A stretch of DNA of 64,000 nucleotides from Verrucomicrobiota bacterium (GCA_050011995.1 JBEKIA010000002.1:486-64485), one strand, 5' to 3'; counted from the stretch's first letter, positions 38,087 to 47,452 are shown. Made by a program: numbers and translations. The notes: generated by a model not told the origin, from the letters alone.

Positions 38087-38272
38087 CGAGCGCTTTTTTC
38101 GCGGCGACGCCAGCCACAACCGCGAGGTGGAAGGCTGCGGGCTGGGCTTGAGCATTGCCCAATGGATAGTCCACGCCCACGGCGGGACCATCCAGTTCGC
38201 CTCCCAGCCCGGCCAACTGACAACGGTGACCGTCCGCCTCCCCCTGGCGGGCGCCGGCTGAAAAGCGAACAG
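38087..38272 (+). pseudogene. Orphan 3' fragment of a histidine-kinase gene (right copy of the 186-bp direct repeat)
   Basis: Encodes RFFRGDASHNREVEGCGLGLSIAQWIVHAHGGTIQFASQPGQLTTVTVRLPLAGAG*, identical to the HK C-terminus except R->H. The ORF-track entry 37977..38261 fuses it to unrelated upstream codons. Confidence 0.85.
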
Positions 38273-38317
38273 GATTCTTCACTTTCAAGAACAGTGTCGA
38301 AACGCGCCCCATTGGCG

Positions 38318-38341
38318 ACGGTCGCAGACCGCCGCTACAGG
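38318..38341. repeat. Dispersed element, family D (copy 3)
   Basis: gacggtcgcagaccgccgctacagg matches 1097-1121. Confidence 0.75.
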
Positions 38342-38462
38342 CGAGCGCATCCGTCCGGCTCTCGCCGGAGGAACCGGCGCTCCGATCTGTCAGGTCAGAG
38401 TCGCTCCTTTTCGCAAGGAGTTTGCCATCCCGATTCGGATCGGCAGCACAGGGATTCATAAC

Positions 38463-39225
38463 GCAAAGGCGCAAAGGCGGCGGCAAATTGAAAATTTACA
38501 ATTGCAAATTTTCAATTTGTTATTGTCTGGCGTCTTGGCGTCTTGGCGATAAAAGTCCTTTTATCCGTGAAATCTCCCGATCCGGAATCGGGATGGTTCC
38601 CCACTTCGCTTGCGGCGGGCCGCTCCGGGCGTTTTTCCGGTTCACTATGGGTTGGCAGGATGCGCAAGTGGCTAATGATGAGGGCCTTGGAAGAATTTGC
38701 CTAAATCCGCGTTTTTCTCTTGACTCTTCGCGCTTATATGCTAATCTTTTGTGCGTGACGATAGGTCGCAGAGGGCCGGGCGGCGGCGGGAAGAAGATCC
38801 CGTTGAGCAGGGCTTTCCCAGAGGTTCGGCTTTTCCAGCGGATTTCTCCAAAGACGCGCAACTTTAACGTTAAAGCCGCCAACCCCCCATTCGACCGAAT
38901 TCAAGCAGATTCAAGTGGATTCAAGCAAATTCAACCCAAAAAGTATGGGAAAAACCATGAAAGATACCGCAGGCAATCCGCCATGAACTTGGGCCGCCAA
39001 GAAGCGCCAAAGGCGCAACCATCCGGAGTGGCTCACCGCGAAATACGCGAAATACGCGAAAGCAGAGTTGCCTGTGTTCGCGTTTTTCGCGTGGTTCGCG
39101 GTGAAGAAGCTTCATTTTTGAGCCTTTTGAGCCTTTTCGCGGCAAATCAATGGAAATATCTATCCATGAACCATTTACACGCCACACGGAGCTTTTCCGG
39201 TCAAGCCTAATCAAGCCTAATCAAG
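38463..39225. repeat. Non-coding region packed with short tandem duplications and small inverted repeats
   Basis: (gcaaaggc)x2 at 38463. 14-bp inverted arms caaattgaaaattt/aaattttcaatttg at 38484-38519. (gcgtcttg)x2 at 38529. (attcaagnnn)x4 at 38899-38938. (cgcgaaata)x2.5 at 39037-39062. (ccttttgag)x2 near 39115-39140. (aatcaagcct)x2 at 39198-39225. Confidence 0.8.
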
Positions 39226-39457
39226 TTATTTTTTGAACTGCAATGACCACCAATCCCTTGTCACGCCGCGGCAAAACGACGGCGGAATCAGCCGGTTACT
39301 CCGCCACGCGCGTCGTGTTTTCCTATTTTGCGGTCCAAAATCAGCCCCAAGTCGAGCAAATATGAGGTCGCCGCACCTTGATGAATTGGCCGCGCACAAG
39401 TCGCCGTTCCGCGCAGAATCGGCTTGCTTGCGGCCGGATTTCTGGAAAGGTTGCCTC

Positions 39458-40195
39458 ATGCCAAAATGGCCCAAGCAATTGCCGCCCCTCTCGCCGGAAG
39501 ACCAGCGCATCAACGACGATTTCATGGAGCATTGGCACGATGTCTTCCCCAACAAATACGGCCTCGCCGACCGCTGGAGCCACAGCTATCCCGCCAAAAA
39601 CCGGCCCGCCCAATTCCTGCGCACCCTGGAAATCGGCGCTGGCCTGGGCGAACATCTCAAATACGAAACCCTTTCCCCCGAACAGGAGCAAAATTACGTG
39701 GCTGTGGAATACCGGGCCAACATGGCCGAGCGCCTGCGCAAAGCCTGCCCCAGAATTCAAACCTGCCTGGGCGATTGCCAGGAGCGGCTGGATTTTTCCG
39801 ACGGCCATTTTGACCGCGTCCTGGCCGTCCACGTCCTGGAGCATTTGCCCAACCTGCCCGCCGCCATCCGGGAAATGCACCGGCTGTGCAACAAAACCAC
39901 CGGCATTTTCTCCGTCGTCATTCCCTGTGAAGGCAGCCTGGCCTACTCGCTGGCGCGGGAGATTTCCGCCAAGCGCATTTTCCAAAAACGCTACCAGCGC
40001 CCCTACCACATCTTCATCTCCCGCGAGCACATCAACCTGCCGTGGGAGGTTTTCGGCGAAATCGCGCCCTGGTTTGAAATGGTCCATTCCAGCTACTTTC
40101 CCATCCCGCTCAAATGCCAGTTCTGCAACCTGTTCATCGGGGCCACCTTCAAACCCAAACCGCAGCCGGATCAGTCAACAATTGTCCCCTCTTGA
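39458..40195 (+). CDS. Class I SAM-dependent methyltransferase
   Basis: ORF 39233..40195 trimmed to ATG 39458 (MPKWPKQLPPLSPEDQ). Motif I LEIGAGLGEH, then FDRVLAVHVLEHLPN (Methyltransf_11-like). Confidence 0.85.
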   Translation: MPKWPKQLPPLSPEDQRINDDFMEHWHDVFPNKYGLADRWSHSYPAKNRPAQFLRTLEIGAGLGEHLKYETLSPEQEQNYVAVEYRANMAERLRKACPRIQTCLGDCQERLDFSDGHFDRVLAVHVLEHLPNLPAAIREMHRLCNKTTGIFSVVIPCEGSLAYSLAREISAKRIFQKRYQRPYHIFISREHINLPWEVFGEIAPWFEMVHSSYFPIPLKCQFCNLFIGATFKPKPQPDQSTIVPS

Positions 40196-40197
40196 TT

Positions 40198-40942
40198 ATG
40201 ACACGACGCCAAGCCATCAAAACCGCCGCCCTGGCCGCCGCCGCCGCCACCCTCGCGCCGCGTCGCGCCGCCGCCGCCGGCGCGCCGCTGGCCGGCCGCA
40301 TCCGCCATTCTGTCTGCCGCTGGTGCTATAAGCGCCATGATCACCGGAGTGCCGGGCGACATCCCCAAGGGATTGAACCGGGTGGAGAACCACGGCCCGA
40401 TCGCCGCGTTTTTCGAGAAAACGATTCCCCTGGTGGCGGAGGCGGGCTGCCCGAACCTGATCTGCTTTTCCGGCAACCGCCAGGGCATGAGCGATGAGCA
40501 GGGCCTGGAAAACTGCGCGGCGGGGTTGAAGCGTTTCATCGCTTTGGCCGAGAAAAGCAAAGTGACCGTTTGCATGGAACTGCTCAACAGCAAGGTCAAT
40601 CATCATGATTATATGTGTGATCATACCGCCTGGGGAGTGGAACTTTGCCGGCGGGTCGGCTCGGAACGCTTTAAGCTCCTCTACGACATCTACCACATGC
40701 AAATCATGGAAGGGGATGTCATCCACACCATCCAGGACAACCATCCGTTCATCGCCCACTACCACACCGGCGGCGTGCCGGGCCGCCACGAAATTGATGA
40801 GACCCAGGAACTGAATTATCCGGCCATCATGAAAGCCATCCTGGCCACCGGTTTTCAGGGCTTCGTCGCCCAGGAATTTGTGCCGCGCGGCTCCGATCCG
40901 CTCGCCTCCCTGGAGAAATGCGTCCGCCTTTGCGATGTTTGA
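40198..40942 (+). pseudogene. Hydroxypyruvate-isomerase-like TIM-barrel gene with internal out-of-frame deletion
   Basis: Frame A from ATG 40198 gives a Tat-type signal plus a conserved start (MTRRQAIKTAALAAAAATLAP...GRIRHSVCRWCYK). The rest of the protein (AM-ITGVPGDIPKGLNRVENH...YHMQIMEGDV...HYHTGGVPGRHEIDETQELNY) is in frame B (ORF 40337..40942). About 35-40 residues normally found between the two parts are missing. Confidence 0.6.
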
Positions 40943-40959
40943 CTGGTTTGGTCCCCGGC

Positions 40960-41781
40960 TCAGGGGTGGAGTTGGCCCAAGCCGCGCCGGCCGAATTCCG
41001 CCGCCAGCATGACCAGCGCCATGCCCGCCAGCGGGGCCAGGTCCACCCGGCCGATGCGCAGCGGGAGCGGGCGGAGGGGACGGAGCAGGCCGCGGGCCGT
41101 AGCATTGACAAAATCCAGGAACGGAAAATCGCCCAGGTAAACGTAGCTGTTCACCACATACAAGGCGAGAAACCCCACCACCAGAAACTTCAGGGCCAGG
41201 TAGGCCGCCAGGCCGATGACCGCCCCCTGCGCCAGCACATGCCAGGTGGAAACCCGGGGCACCATGTCAATCCAGAGCAGCAGCGGATTGAGCGCGCACC
41301 ACAGCGCCATGGTGGCCGCCAGCGGGAGCAGCAACTTCACGCCGCCGGGCCAGCGTTCCAGCCGCCCCAGATGCAGCCGCACCAGCCGTTGCGCCGGGTC
41401 CGCATCGGAGACAGGCGCGTTGACCGAGGAGAGCAACAGCAGGCAAAGATAAAAGAAACCCAGCGTCGCGCCGAAGCTGAAAAAGGAGAACAGCACCATG
41501 CGCCCCGGCCAGTCGCTGCGGAACAAAAGCGAGAAGGTGCTCAACGAAATGCCCGGGTCCCATCGCAGCCGCGCGCCGGCCTGCCAATAAAACACCGCCC
41601 GCCCCAACAGCAGCGCGAGCAATCCCAACAGATACCGCCAGCGCCCGCGCGGCGGGTCCGCCCGCCGGGGCCGCGCCAGGCCCGCCGTCCCCTCCGGCGT
41701 CACCCGGGGCGGCGGGACCGCGCGCCAATTCAGCCAGAGCAGCAGCCCGGCCACATTGAGAATAAAATCAATCAAACTCAT
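40960..41781 (-). CDS. Multi-pass membrane protein, YggT-like
   Basis: ORF trimmed to ATG 41781 (MSLIDFILNVAGLLLWLNWRA). The C-terminal LRPLRPLPLRIGRVDLAPLAGMALV resembles the YGGT repeat. The family call is tentative. Confidence 0.6.
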   Translation of the reverse strand: MSLIDFILNVAGLLLWLNWRAVPPPRVTPEGTAGLARPRRADPPRGRWRYLLGLLALLLGRAVFYWQAGARLRWDPGISLSTFSLLFRSDWPGRMVLFSFFSFGATLGFFYLCLLLLSSVNAPVSDADPAQRLVRLHLGRLERWPGGVKLLLPLAATMALWCALNPLLLWIDMVPRVSTWHVLAQGAVIGLAAYLALKFLVVGFLALYVVNSYVYLGDFPFLDFVNATARGLLRPLRPLPLRIGRVDLAPLAGMALVMLAAEFGRRGLGQLHP

Positions 41782-41841
41782 GCCACGTTTCGTGCAGATG
41801 ATGTAACCATTCCGCCCCGCCCGTTCAACGAAAAACAAAAC

Positions 41842-42741
41842 TCACATCATTTTCAACAGCGTGTCGGCCATTTCCGAAGGCGTGGCCGCAACCCCGATGC
41901 CCGCTTTTTGGAAGGCCGCTATTTTCGCCGCCGCCGTGCCCTTGCCGCCGCTGATGATCGCTCCCGCATGGCCCATCCGCCGCCCCGCCGGGGCCGTCGC
42001 GCCGGCGATAAACCCGGCCACCGGCTTTTTGCAGTATCGCCGGATCCACCGGGCCGCTTCTTCCTCCGCGGACCCGCCGATTTCGCCGATGATGATAATG
42101 CCGTGCGTCTCCGGGTCCTCGTTGAACAGCTTGAGGATGTCCAGGTGCGAGGCGCCGTTGACCGGATCGCCCCCGATGCCCACGCAGGTGGATTGGCCGG
42201 CGCCGCGGCAGGTCAATTGCCAGACCGCTTCGTAGGTCAGCGTGCCGCTGCGCGAAACCACGCCGATGTGGCCTTTCTTGTGAATGTAGCCGGGGGCGAT
42301 GCCGATGCGGCAGCCGCCGGTGGAATTCTCTCCTTCGCCCGGCGTGACCACCCCGGGACAATTCGGCCCGATCAGCCGCGTCTTGGCGCCGCGCATGGCC
42401 TGCTTTACTTTCACCATGTCATTGACAGGGATGCCTTCGGTGATGGCCACGACCAAATCCAGCGCGGCGTCCGCCGCTTCCAGGATCGCGTCCGCGGCGA
42501 AGGGCGGGGGAACAAAGACGGCGGAAACGGTCGCGCCGGTCTGGCGGGCGGCCTCGGCCACCGTGTCGAAGATGGGGACTTTGTGGCCGGCATGTTCGAA
42601 GATCTGGCCGCCCTTGCCGGGGGTGACCCCGGCCACGACCTGCGTGCCGTAGTCGAGCGAGAGCTGGGTGTGACGGGCGCCGAAATTGCCGGTGATGCCC
42701 TGCACGAGAATCTTGGTTTGCGGAGTGACGAGGATGGACAT
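41842..42741 (-). CDS. sucD: Succinate--CoA ligase subunit alpha
   Basis: [25 protein letters not shown]..., SRSGTLTYE, and phosphohistidine loop [18 protein letters not shown]. Confidence 0.95.
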   Translation of the reverse strand: MSILVTPQTKILVQGITGNFGARHTQLSLDYGTQVVAGVTPGKGGQIFEHAGHKVPIFDTVAEAARQTGATVSAVFVPPPFAADAILEAADAALDLVVAITEGIPVNDMVKVKQAMRGAKTRLIGPNCPGVVTPGEGENSTGGCRIGIAPGYIHKKGHIGVVSRSGTLTYEAVWQLTCRGAGQSTCVGIGGDPVNGASHLDILKLFNEDPETHGIIIIGEIGGSAEEEAARWIRRYCKKPVAGFIAGATAPAGRRMGHAGAIISGGKGTAAAKIAAFQKAGIGVAATPSEMADTLLKMM

Positions 42742-42807
42742 GGTCAATTTTGGGCTTGCGGCCGCCGGTTCAGTTCTTCGATGAGCGCGCCGCTGTTCCT
42801 GGTTCCA

Positions 42808-43179
42808 TTATGGCGTCTTTCTCTTGTGAATGCAAATGGTGTTGCCGTCGGGATCAAAAATCATGGCCATCCGGCAGACGGGCGTGGGCATCGGCTCGAC
42901 GCGGAACTTTGCCTCATGCGCCCGCAAATGGGCAATCGCGGCGTCGAAGTCCTCGACTTCCAGCGCGACGGTGCAGCCGTCGGGACTCGGCTTGAAAATG
43001 CCCGGCGCGCAGCCGAGGGCCAGGGTATGCGGCCCCACTTCGTATTCCACCCACTTCCCGTGTTCCGAATCATGCGCGGTCGCGGCTTTCAAACCCAGCG
43101 CCCCTTCGTAGAACTTCCTCGCGCGCGCCATGTCCGTGACGGCGTAACAACTGAAGGCGATCTCGGTTACTTTAATCAT
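42808..43179 (-). CDS. VOC (glyoxalase/bleomycin resistance/dioxygenase) family protein
   Basis: 123 aa with the paired beta-alpha-beta-beta-beta pattern (CYAVTDMARARKFYEGALGL...MIFDPDGNTICIH). Confidence 0.85.
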   Translation of the reverse strand: MIKVTEIAFSCYAVTDMARARKFYEGALGLKAATAHDSEHGKWVEYEVGPHTLALGCAPGIFKPSPDGCTVALEVEDFDAAIAHLRAHEAKFRVEPMPTPVCRMAMIFDPDGNTICIHKRKTP

Positions 43180-43493
43180 ATTTTAAAAAAGTGTCGGCGT
43201 GGGATCAGATTACGGTTTTTCAAGGCATTTGCAACTTCCGAGGAGGCGTCGGACGCATCCCAGTTTTTGGCTGGCTCCATCCGAGTTTGGTTGAAGGACG
43301 TGCGGCTGAACCTCCGTCAGGAGCGAAATAATTGCAGCCGACAAGCCGAAAAAAGCTCTGTCATTGAGCCGTGGCTGTGGCCGAAGCGATCCCCGAAAGG
43401 CCAGCGGCAAAAAAGTTGCCGATTTTTGCCGGATTCTTGTTGCAACAAAGGCCCCGGCAGGTTAATGTTGCGCCAGTTTAGCAAAGTCGCGTT

Positions 43494-44510
43494 ATGAAAT
43501 TTGTGCCTTACTGTGTCGTGGGATTTGTGTTGTCTGGAATAGCCGCGCCCGCGGCCGTGACGGATGATGTTTACGAGCTGGGACCTGATTCGCAACGTCA
43601 TGCCGGGGTGCCGCAGGGCAAAGTCATCGGGCCGGCCAGCCTGCCCAGCAACATCTTCACCAACACCACCCGCAACTACTGGGTCTATGTCCCGGCCCAA
43701 TATGATCCTGCCCAGCCGGCGTGCCTGATGATCTTTGAGGACGGACACGCCTACGTGGGGACCAACGGCGAGTTCCGCATTCCGTATGTTTTTGACAACC
43801 TGATTTACCGCCGCGAAATGCCGGTAACCATCGCGGTCTTTGTCAATCCCGGCCACCATCCCGGCCAGCCGGAACCCACCGACGCCGATTGGGGCGACGG
43901 GAGCGGAAACCGCCGTCTGGAATACAACGCCCTGGACGACAAGTATGCCCGGTTCACCATTGATGAATTGATGCCGGTCATCACCCAGCAGTACAACATT
44001 TCCCCGGACCCGGAAAACCACGCCATCGCCGGGGCCAGTTCCGGGGCGATCTGCGCTTTCACGGTGGCCTGGCAGCGGCCGGACCAGTTTCGCAAAGTCA
44101 TCAGTTCCATCGGCAGCTTCACCGCCATCATGGGCGGGGACGCCTATCCGGACATCATCCGCACCAATGAAGCCAAGCCCATCCGCATTTTCCTGGCGGA
44201 CGGCATCAACGACAACCGCGGCGTGGGCCGGGCCGGAGGCGCTTACAGTCCGGGCCGGGACTGGCATGGGCAGAATATCCGTATGGTGGAGGCGTTGACG
44301 GCGAAGAAATACGACGTGAACTACGCTTGGGGACTCGGCACCCACTCCCACAAGCAGGCCGGCGCGATCATGCCCGAAATGCTGCGCTGGCTTTGGCGGG
44401 ATTATCCGCGCCACGACGATCCCCAGGATGCGGGCAATCGCTCCTTTTTTGTCCCGGCGGGCGCGCCGTCTCCGGCGGCGAATCCTCCAGCGGCGAATTC
44501 CCCGCGTTAA
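43494..44510 (+). CDS. Secreted esterase (esterase D / enterochelin-esterase-like alpha/beta hydrolase)
   Basis: Signal peptide. YWVYVPAQYDP..., nucleophile elbow IAGASSGAICAF (GxSxG), THSHKQ near the C-terminus. Confidence 0.8.
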   Translation: MKFVPYCVVGFVLSGIAAPAAVTDDVYELGPDSQRHAGVPQGKVIGPASLPSNIFTNTTRNYWVYVPAQYDPAQPACLMIFEDGHAYVGTNGEFRIPYVFDNLIYRREMPVTIAVFVNPGHHPGQPEPTDADWGDGSGNRRLEYNALDDKYARFTIDELMPVITQQYNISPDPENHAIAGASSGAICAFTVAWQRPDQFRKVISSIGSFTAIMGGDAYPDIIRTNEAKPIRIFLADGINDNRGVGRAGGAYSPGRDWHGQNIRMVEALTAKKYDVNYAWGLGTHSHKQAGAIMPEMLRWLWRDYPRHDDPQDAGNRSFFVPAGAPSPAANPPAANSPR

Positions 44511-44637
44511 ACAGTCTTGGCTGGCAGGCAGACGTGCGTAAGAGGATTCCCCGGCTCCGTTGTGAATTTCCAAAGCCGTGAGCGAAACGGAGCATTTGGG
44601 CTGGCCGCCCTCATAGGGGAAAGGGGCGCTAACTGGA

Positions 44638-45024
44638 ATGGTCGCCGAATGGACGCAGGAGGAACCAACTGAAAACGGAACGGACAAACTCAAAGCTTTC
44701 AAGGGGATATGCGGGCCGGTGGGACTTGCAGGCGAACGGAATGAAGGGCGATTCGACTATTTAGCCGTCCAAGTCAGGTATGGCGCAGGCTATGGAGGCC
44801 CCGAAAGTTTTCAGGGGTGCAGCGGGGGAGGGCTGTGGCACGCCCTATTGAAGGAAAAAGACGGAGAGGTTGTCATCGACAGATTGGCGTTGGCGGGAGT
44901 TGCATTTTATCAATCCGCAATCGAAGGCGATTGCAGGACGATTGAATGCCACGGTGAGAGAAGCATTTATGGGCCTGTGATTGACGCACTTGAGCGCCGG
45001 AAAGCCGGAACGTCCGGGGGCTGA
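44638..45024 (+). pseudogene. Trypsin-fold serine protease C-terminal fragment (probable remnant)
   Basis: 128-aa ORF with FQGCSGGGLW (GxSGG catalytic-Ser motif) but no His/Asp half. Another frame just upstream (44512-44640) reads VRGFPGSVVNFQ..FGLAALIGERGANW, suggesting a frameshifted, 5'-truncated gene that starts at the esterase stop. Confidence 0.4.
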
Positions 45025-45038
45025 TAGGAAGTCACTGA

Positions 45039-45284
45039 ATGATGTGGGGAGGGGCCTTGGAGCAAAAGAATGGCGCAAAGATTTACGGGCCGCTCTGTTT
45101 TCAGAAGGCTTTCTCTCCCGAAACAAGAGCACGGTTAATGCAGATCATGCAAAAACTGTTTGAGCACCCACTGTGGGTTCACGAACCCATACAAGATGAA
45201 ATTGCCAAGGCAAACGATGTGCAAGTGGTCGGCAACATCTTTAAACGCGAGAATCTTGATTACATATTCTTGACGCGACTGTGA
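45039..45284 (+). CDS. Hypothetical protein
   Basis: 81-aa ORF with ordinary composition (..LMQIMQKLFEHPLWVHEPIQDEIAKANDVQVVGNIFKRENLDYIF). No family recognised. Confidence 0.35.
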   Translation: MMWGGALEQKNGAKIYGPLCFQKAFSPETRARLMQIMQKLFEHPLWVHEPIQDEIAKANDVQVVGNIFKRENLDYIFLTRL

Positions 45285-45329
45285 AAGGAAAGGTCCGTTG
45301 TGTAGCGGCGTGACGATGAACTGATATCG

Positions 45330-46175
45330 TCAGGCAACTGGATGCCTCGCCATTTCGTCGGCCAATTCGCTGGAGAATTTGTTGGCCTCCTGTTCGGAGA
45401 TGAAATCCTTTTTGACCGGCATCTTGTGCAGGATGTTCAATGCCTTGCCGTAAGCGGGCCTTAGCCTCTCAATGCGCGGCTCACCAATCAGCATCCAAAT
45501 CCGAAACTTCTCCTCGGAATCCTTGAGGTTGGTCGCACGTCCGAGCCAGCGGTTCGCCTTATCGAGAATGCTTTCGGAGTCCAGGAGGTCCAGCGAAATG
45601 GGCTGGTACAAATTCCAAGTGGCATTACGCCAAGCGTGGTCAAATTCGTGGTCATAGTCTTTTGCCATAATGCGCTTGGGTTGCATCCGGGACAAAACCT
45701 GCTTCGATTCCAGTTCCTTGCGAAACACCTTCCAAACATCGTCGTCCTGACGGCTCGGCAACTGTTCCCGTTGCTCATATTTTTCCACCAGCCTGACATA
45801 AAGTTGTTCCAGGGTCGCTGCCGGGTCTTCCGTGAGCCCCCCGTTTGGTTCTGCCCATTGCAGCGCGCTGTCGTCGCGCGGCAGAATGCTGTACGCGATT
45901 TCCATTATGCTCTTGGGCTGTTCTGCAAGCGGCAATTCGCTGGTAATCCTCGATGCATGCTCCTCAAACCGCGCCTGAATATACCGCATGACCGAGCGCA
46001 AATGGTCCCCGTTCACGTCAAGGAACATCTTGCTCAAGCGGCCATAGCGCGGATTGCAGATGGCGCTGATGTATTTGGCTTCCGGCGCGTAAAGCGCGAC
46101 ACCCATGTTCACGAACTCGCCCGTGGCGATGTCGTGGACGTATCGGAGAACGGTGTAGGTAAATGTCGTTTTCAT
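45330..46175 (-). CDS. DUF3037 domain-containing protein
   Basis: N-terminus MKTTFTYTVLRYVHDIATGEFVNMGVALYAP matches the DUF3037 hallmark (Y.VLRYV.D...GE.VN.GV.L). Its ATG overlaps the upstream stop (ATGA). Confidence 0.8.
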   Translation of the reverse strand: MKTTFTYTVLRYVHDIATGEFVNMGVALYAPEAKYISAICNPRYGRLSKMFLDVNGDHLRSVMRYIQARFEEHASRITSELPLAEQPKSIMEIAYSILPRDDSALQWAEPNGGLTEDPAATLEQLYVRLVEKYEQREQLPSRQDDDVWKVFRKELESKQVLSRMQPKRIMAKDYDHEFDHAWRNATWNLYQPISLDLLDSESILDKANRWLGRATNLKDSEEKFRIWMLIGEPRIERLRPAYGKALNILHKMPVKKDFISEQEANKFSSELADEMARHPVA

Positions 46176-46969
46176 TGCAACAGGTGTTCAATTACCCCGA
46201 ACAATGCCGTGCGATTTTGCCGTGCTTTTCGCAGATAATCGGCAATTTGTTGGGCTGCTTTGCTGTCTGTACGCCATTCATTCGGCACGGCTTCAATATA
46301 CTCATCCAAACGGGCATCCGTCAAAGCATCCAACGCCCCGGTCAACCGGCTCCAATCGTGCTTGAGGCCGGCCAACTGCTGGAAAAAGACGTGTTGGCGC
46401 AGGAATTCCGTGCCCTGGCCAGTCCAGGGCGGCTGCCAGCCAATGACGCCCATCAAAAAGGAAAATGCCTGTTCATGGTCGCACAGGAAAATCTCGTCGT
46501 CGCTCCACAACAGATTCGGGTTGTCCCACCGCCGGTCTGGATTTTGAATCAACACGTCAAAGGCGAAAATCTCGGCGGCGAGCGGGCGAAGCAGAACCGG
46601 AATCGGTTTGTCCCTGGGCCATGTGCCGACACCTGCCGGGAGCTTCTGGCTGCCGAAATTCAACCCGGCGCTCTTCCTGGCGATTGCCGAAAGCTCCGCC
46701 TTTCCTTCGCCAACAATGAATTTTTGGGGAACTTCGACGATGAACGGTTTTGGGACAGGCAAATCGAGGTCATTGGCCAGCAGGGCCGCCATGAGTTCGC
46801 AAATCAGCCCGGTTTCTTTCGTCTCCATTCCGCCGCGCCATTTAATCACTACTTCACAATCGTTGCCGCGGGCGTTGGTGCAAAGCATAAGACAAGGTCT
46901 TGTCCGGCCCGATGATAAGGCTCGCAATACCGTGGCCGCTTGGATTCGTGGAATATGGATCGCGCTCAT
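46172..46969 (-). CDS. HipA-like (HipA_2-type) serine/threonine kinase family protein
   Basis: FAFDVLIQNPDRRWDNPNLLW...IFLCDHEQAFSF resembles the catalytic D..N / DH loop of short HipA-family kinases, which are commonly paired with DUF3037. Confidence 0.7.
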   Translation of the reverse strand: MSAIHIPRIQAATVLRALSSGRTRPCLMLCTNARGNDCEVVIKWRGGMETKETGLICELMAALLANDLDLPVPKPFIVEVPQKFIVGEGKAELSAIARKSAGLNFGSQKLPAGVGTWPRDKPIPVLLRPLAAEIFAFDVLIQNPDRRWDNPNLLWSDDEIFLCDHEQAFSFLMGVIGWQPPWTGQGTEFLRQHVFFQQLAGLKHDWSRLTGALDALTDARLDEYIEAVPNEWRTDSKAAQQIADYLRKARQNRTALFGVIEHLLQ

Positions 46970-47106
46970 GGGTTGACCTGGCTGGCTCGCCGATTTAGGA
47001 GGGCGAGCAGTTGGCCGTAACCAGTGTAAAATATCAGGCGAACAGCCTTCTCGAAAAGTTCTGGTTTGAAGTCCTTTGGGTCGTAGCTACCGAGTAGTTC
47101 TGGCAT
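46966..47106 (-). CDS. Small ORF (46 aa) translationally coupled to the HipA-like gene
   Basis: Below the ORF-track cutoff. My own translation: MPELLGSYDPKDFKPELFEKAVRLIFYTGYGQLLALLNRRASQVNP*. Its TGA overlaps the HipA-like ATG (ATGA). No obvious SD. Confidence 0.3.
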   Translation of the reverse strand: MPELLGSYDPKDFKPELFEKAVRLIFYTGYGQLLALLNRRASQVNP

Positions 47107-47452
47107 AATCCGTGGGGATGATTGGCGATATTCCGGAAGGTTGCACTAAAAAACGATGGGTGTGCGAGGTTCGACGGGACGGTTTGGTGGGGAAATCGCT
47201 GGCATGTCGGCTGTGGGGCGACGGTGTTTGGGCGCAACTCAGGCGATTTGCCCATAATGAAGCGCAGCGAAATAACCCCAATCTGGTCGGGACGCGGGGC
47301 CGCCATATTCTGACTTCTGACGGCCGTGTGCCCGCTCGCAACGACCGTGGTGCGAGCAGTTCCTCTCCCAATGCCCGACGGCGGGCAATCCCGGCCTGCC
47401 GGTACCCTGCCTTTTCCCGTTCCACCCAACAGTGGCGCATCACTGATTATCT

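Noticed and set aside
38422-39210. 262-aa ORF in the repeat-rich spacer.
   Set aside because: The translation is dominated by tandem-repeat artefacts (REIREIRES, FKQIQ, LSLLSL). No domain-like segment and no start context.
41842-42741. sucD without an adjacent sucC (the upstream neighbour is a VOC protein).
   Set aside because: The beta subunit may simply be encoded elsewhere. Nothing in the sequence indicates rearrangement, so this is not evidence of anything unusual.
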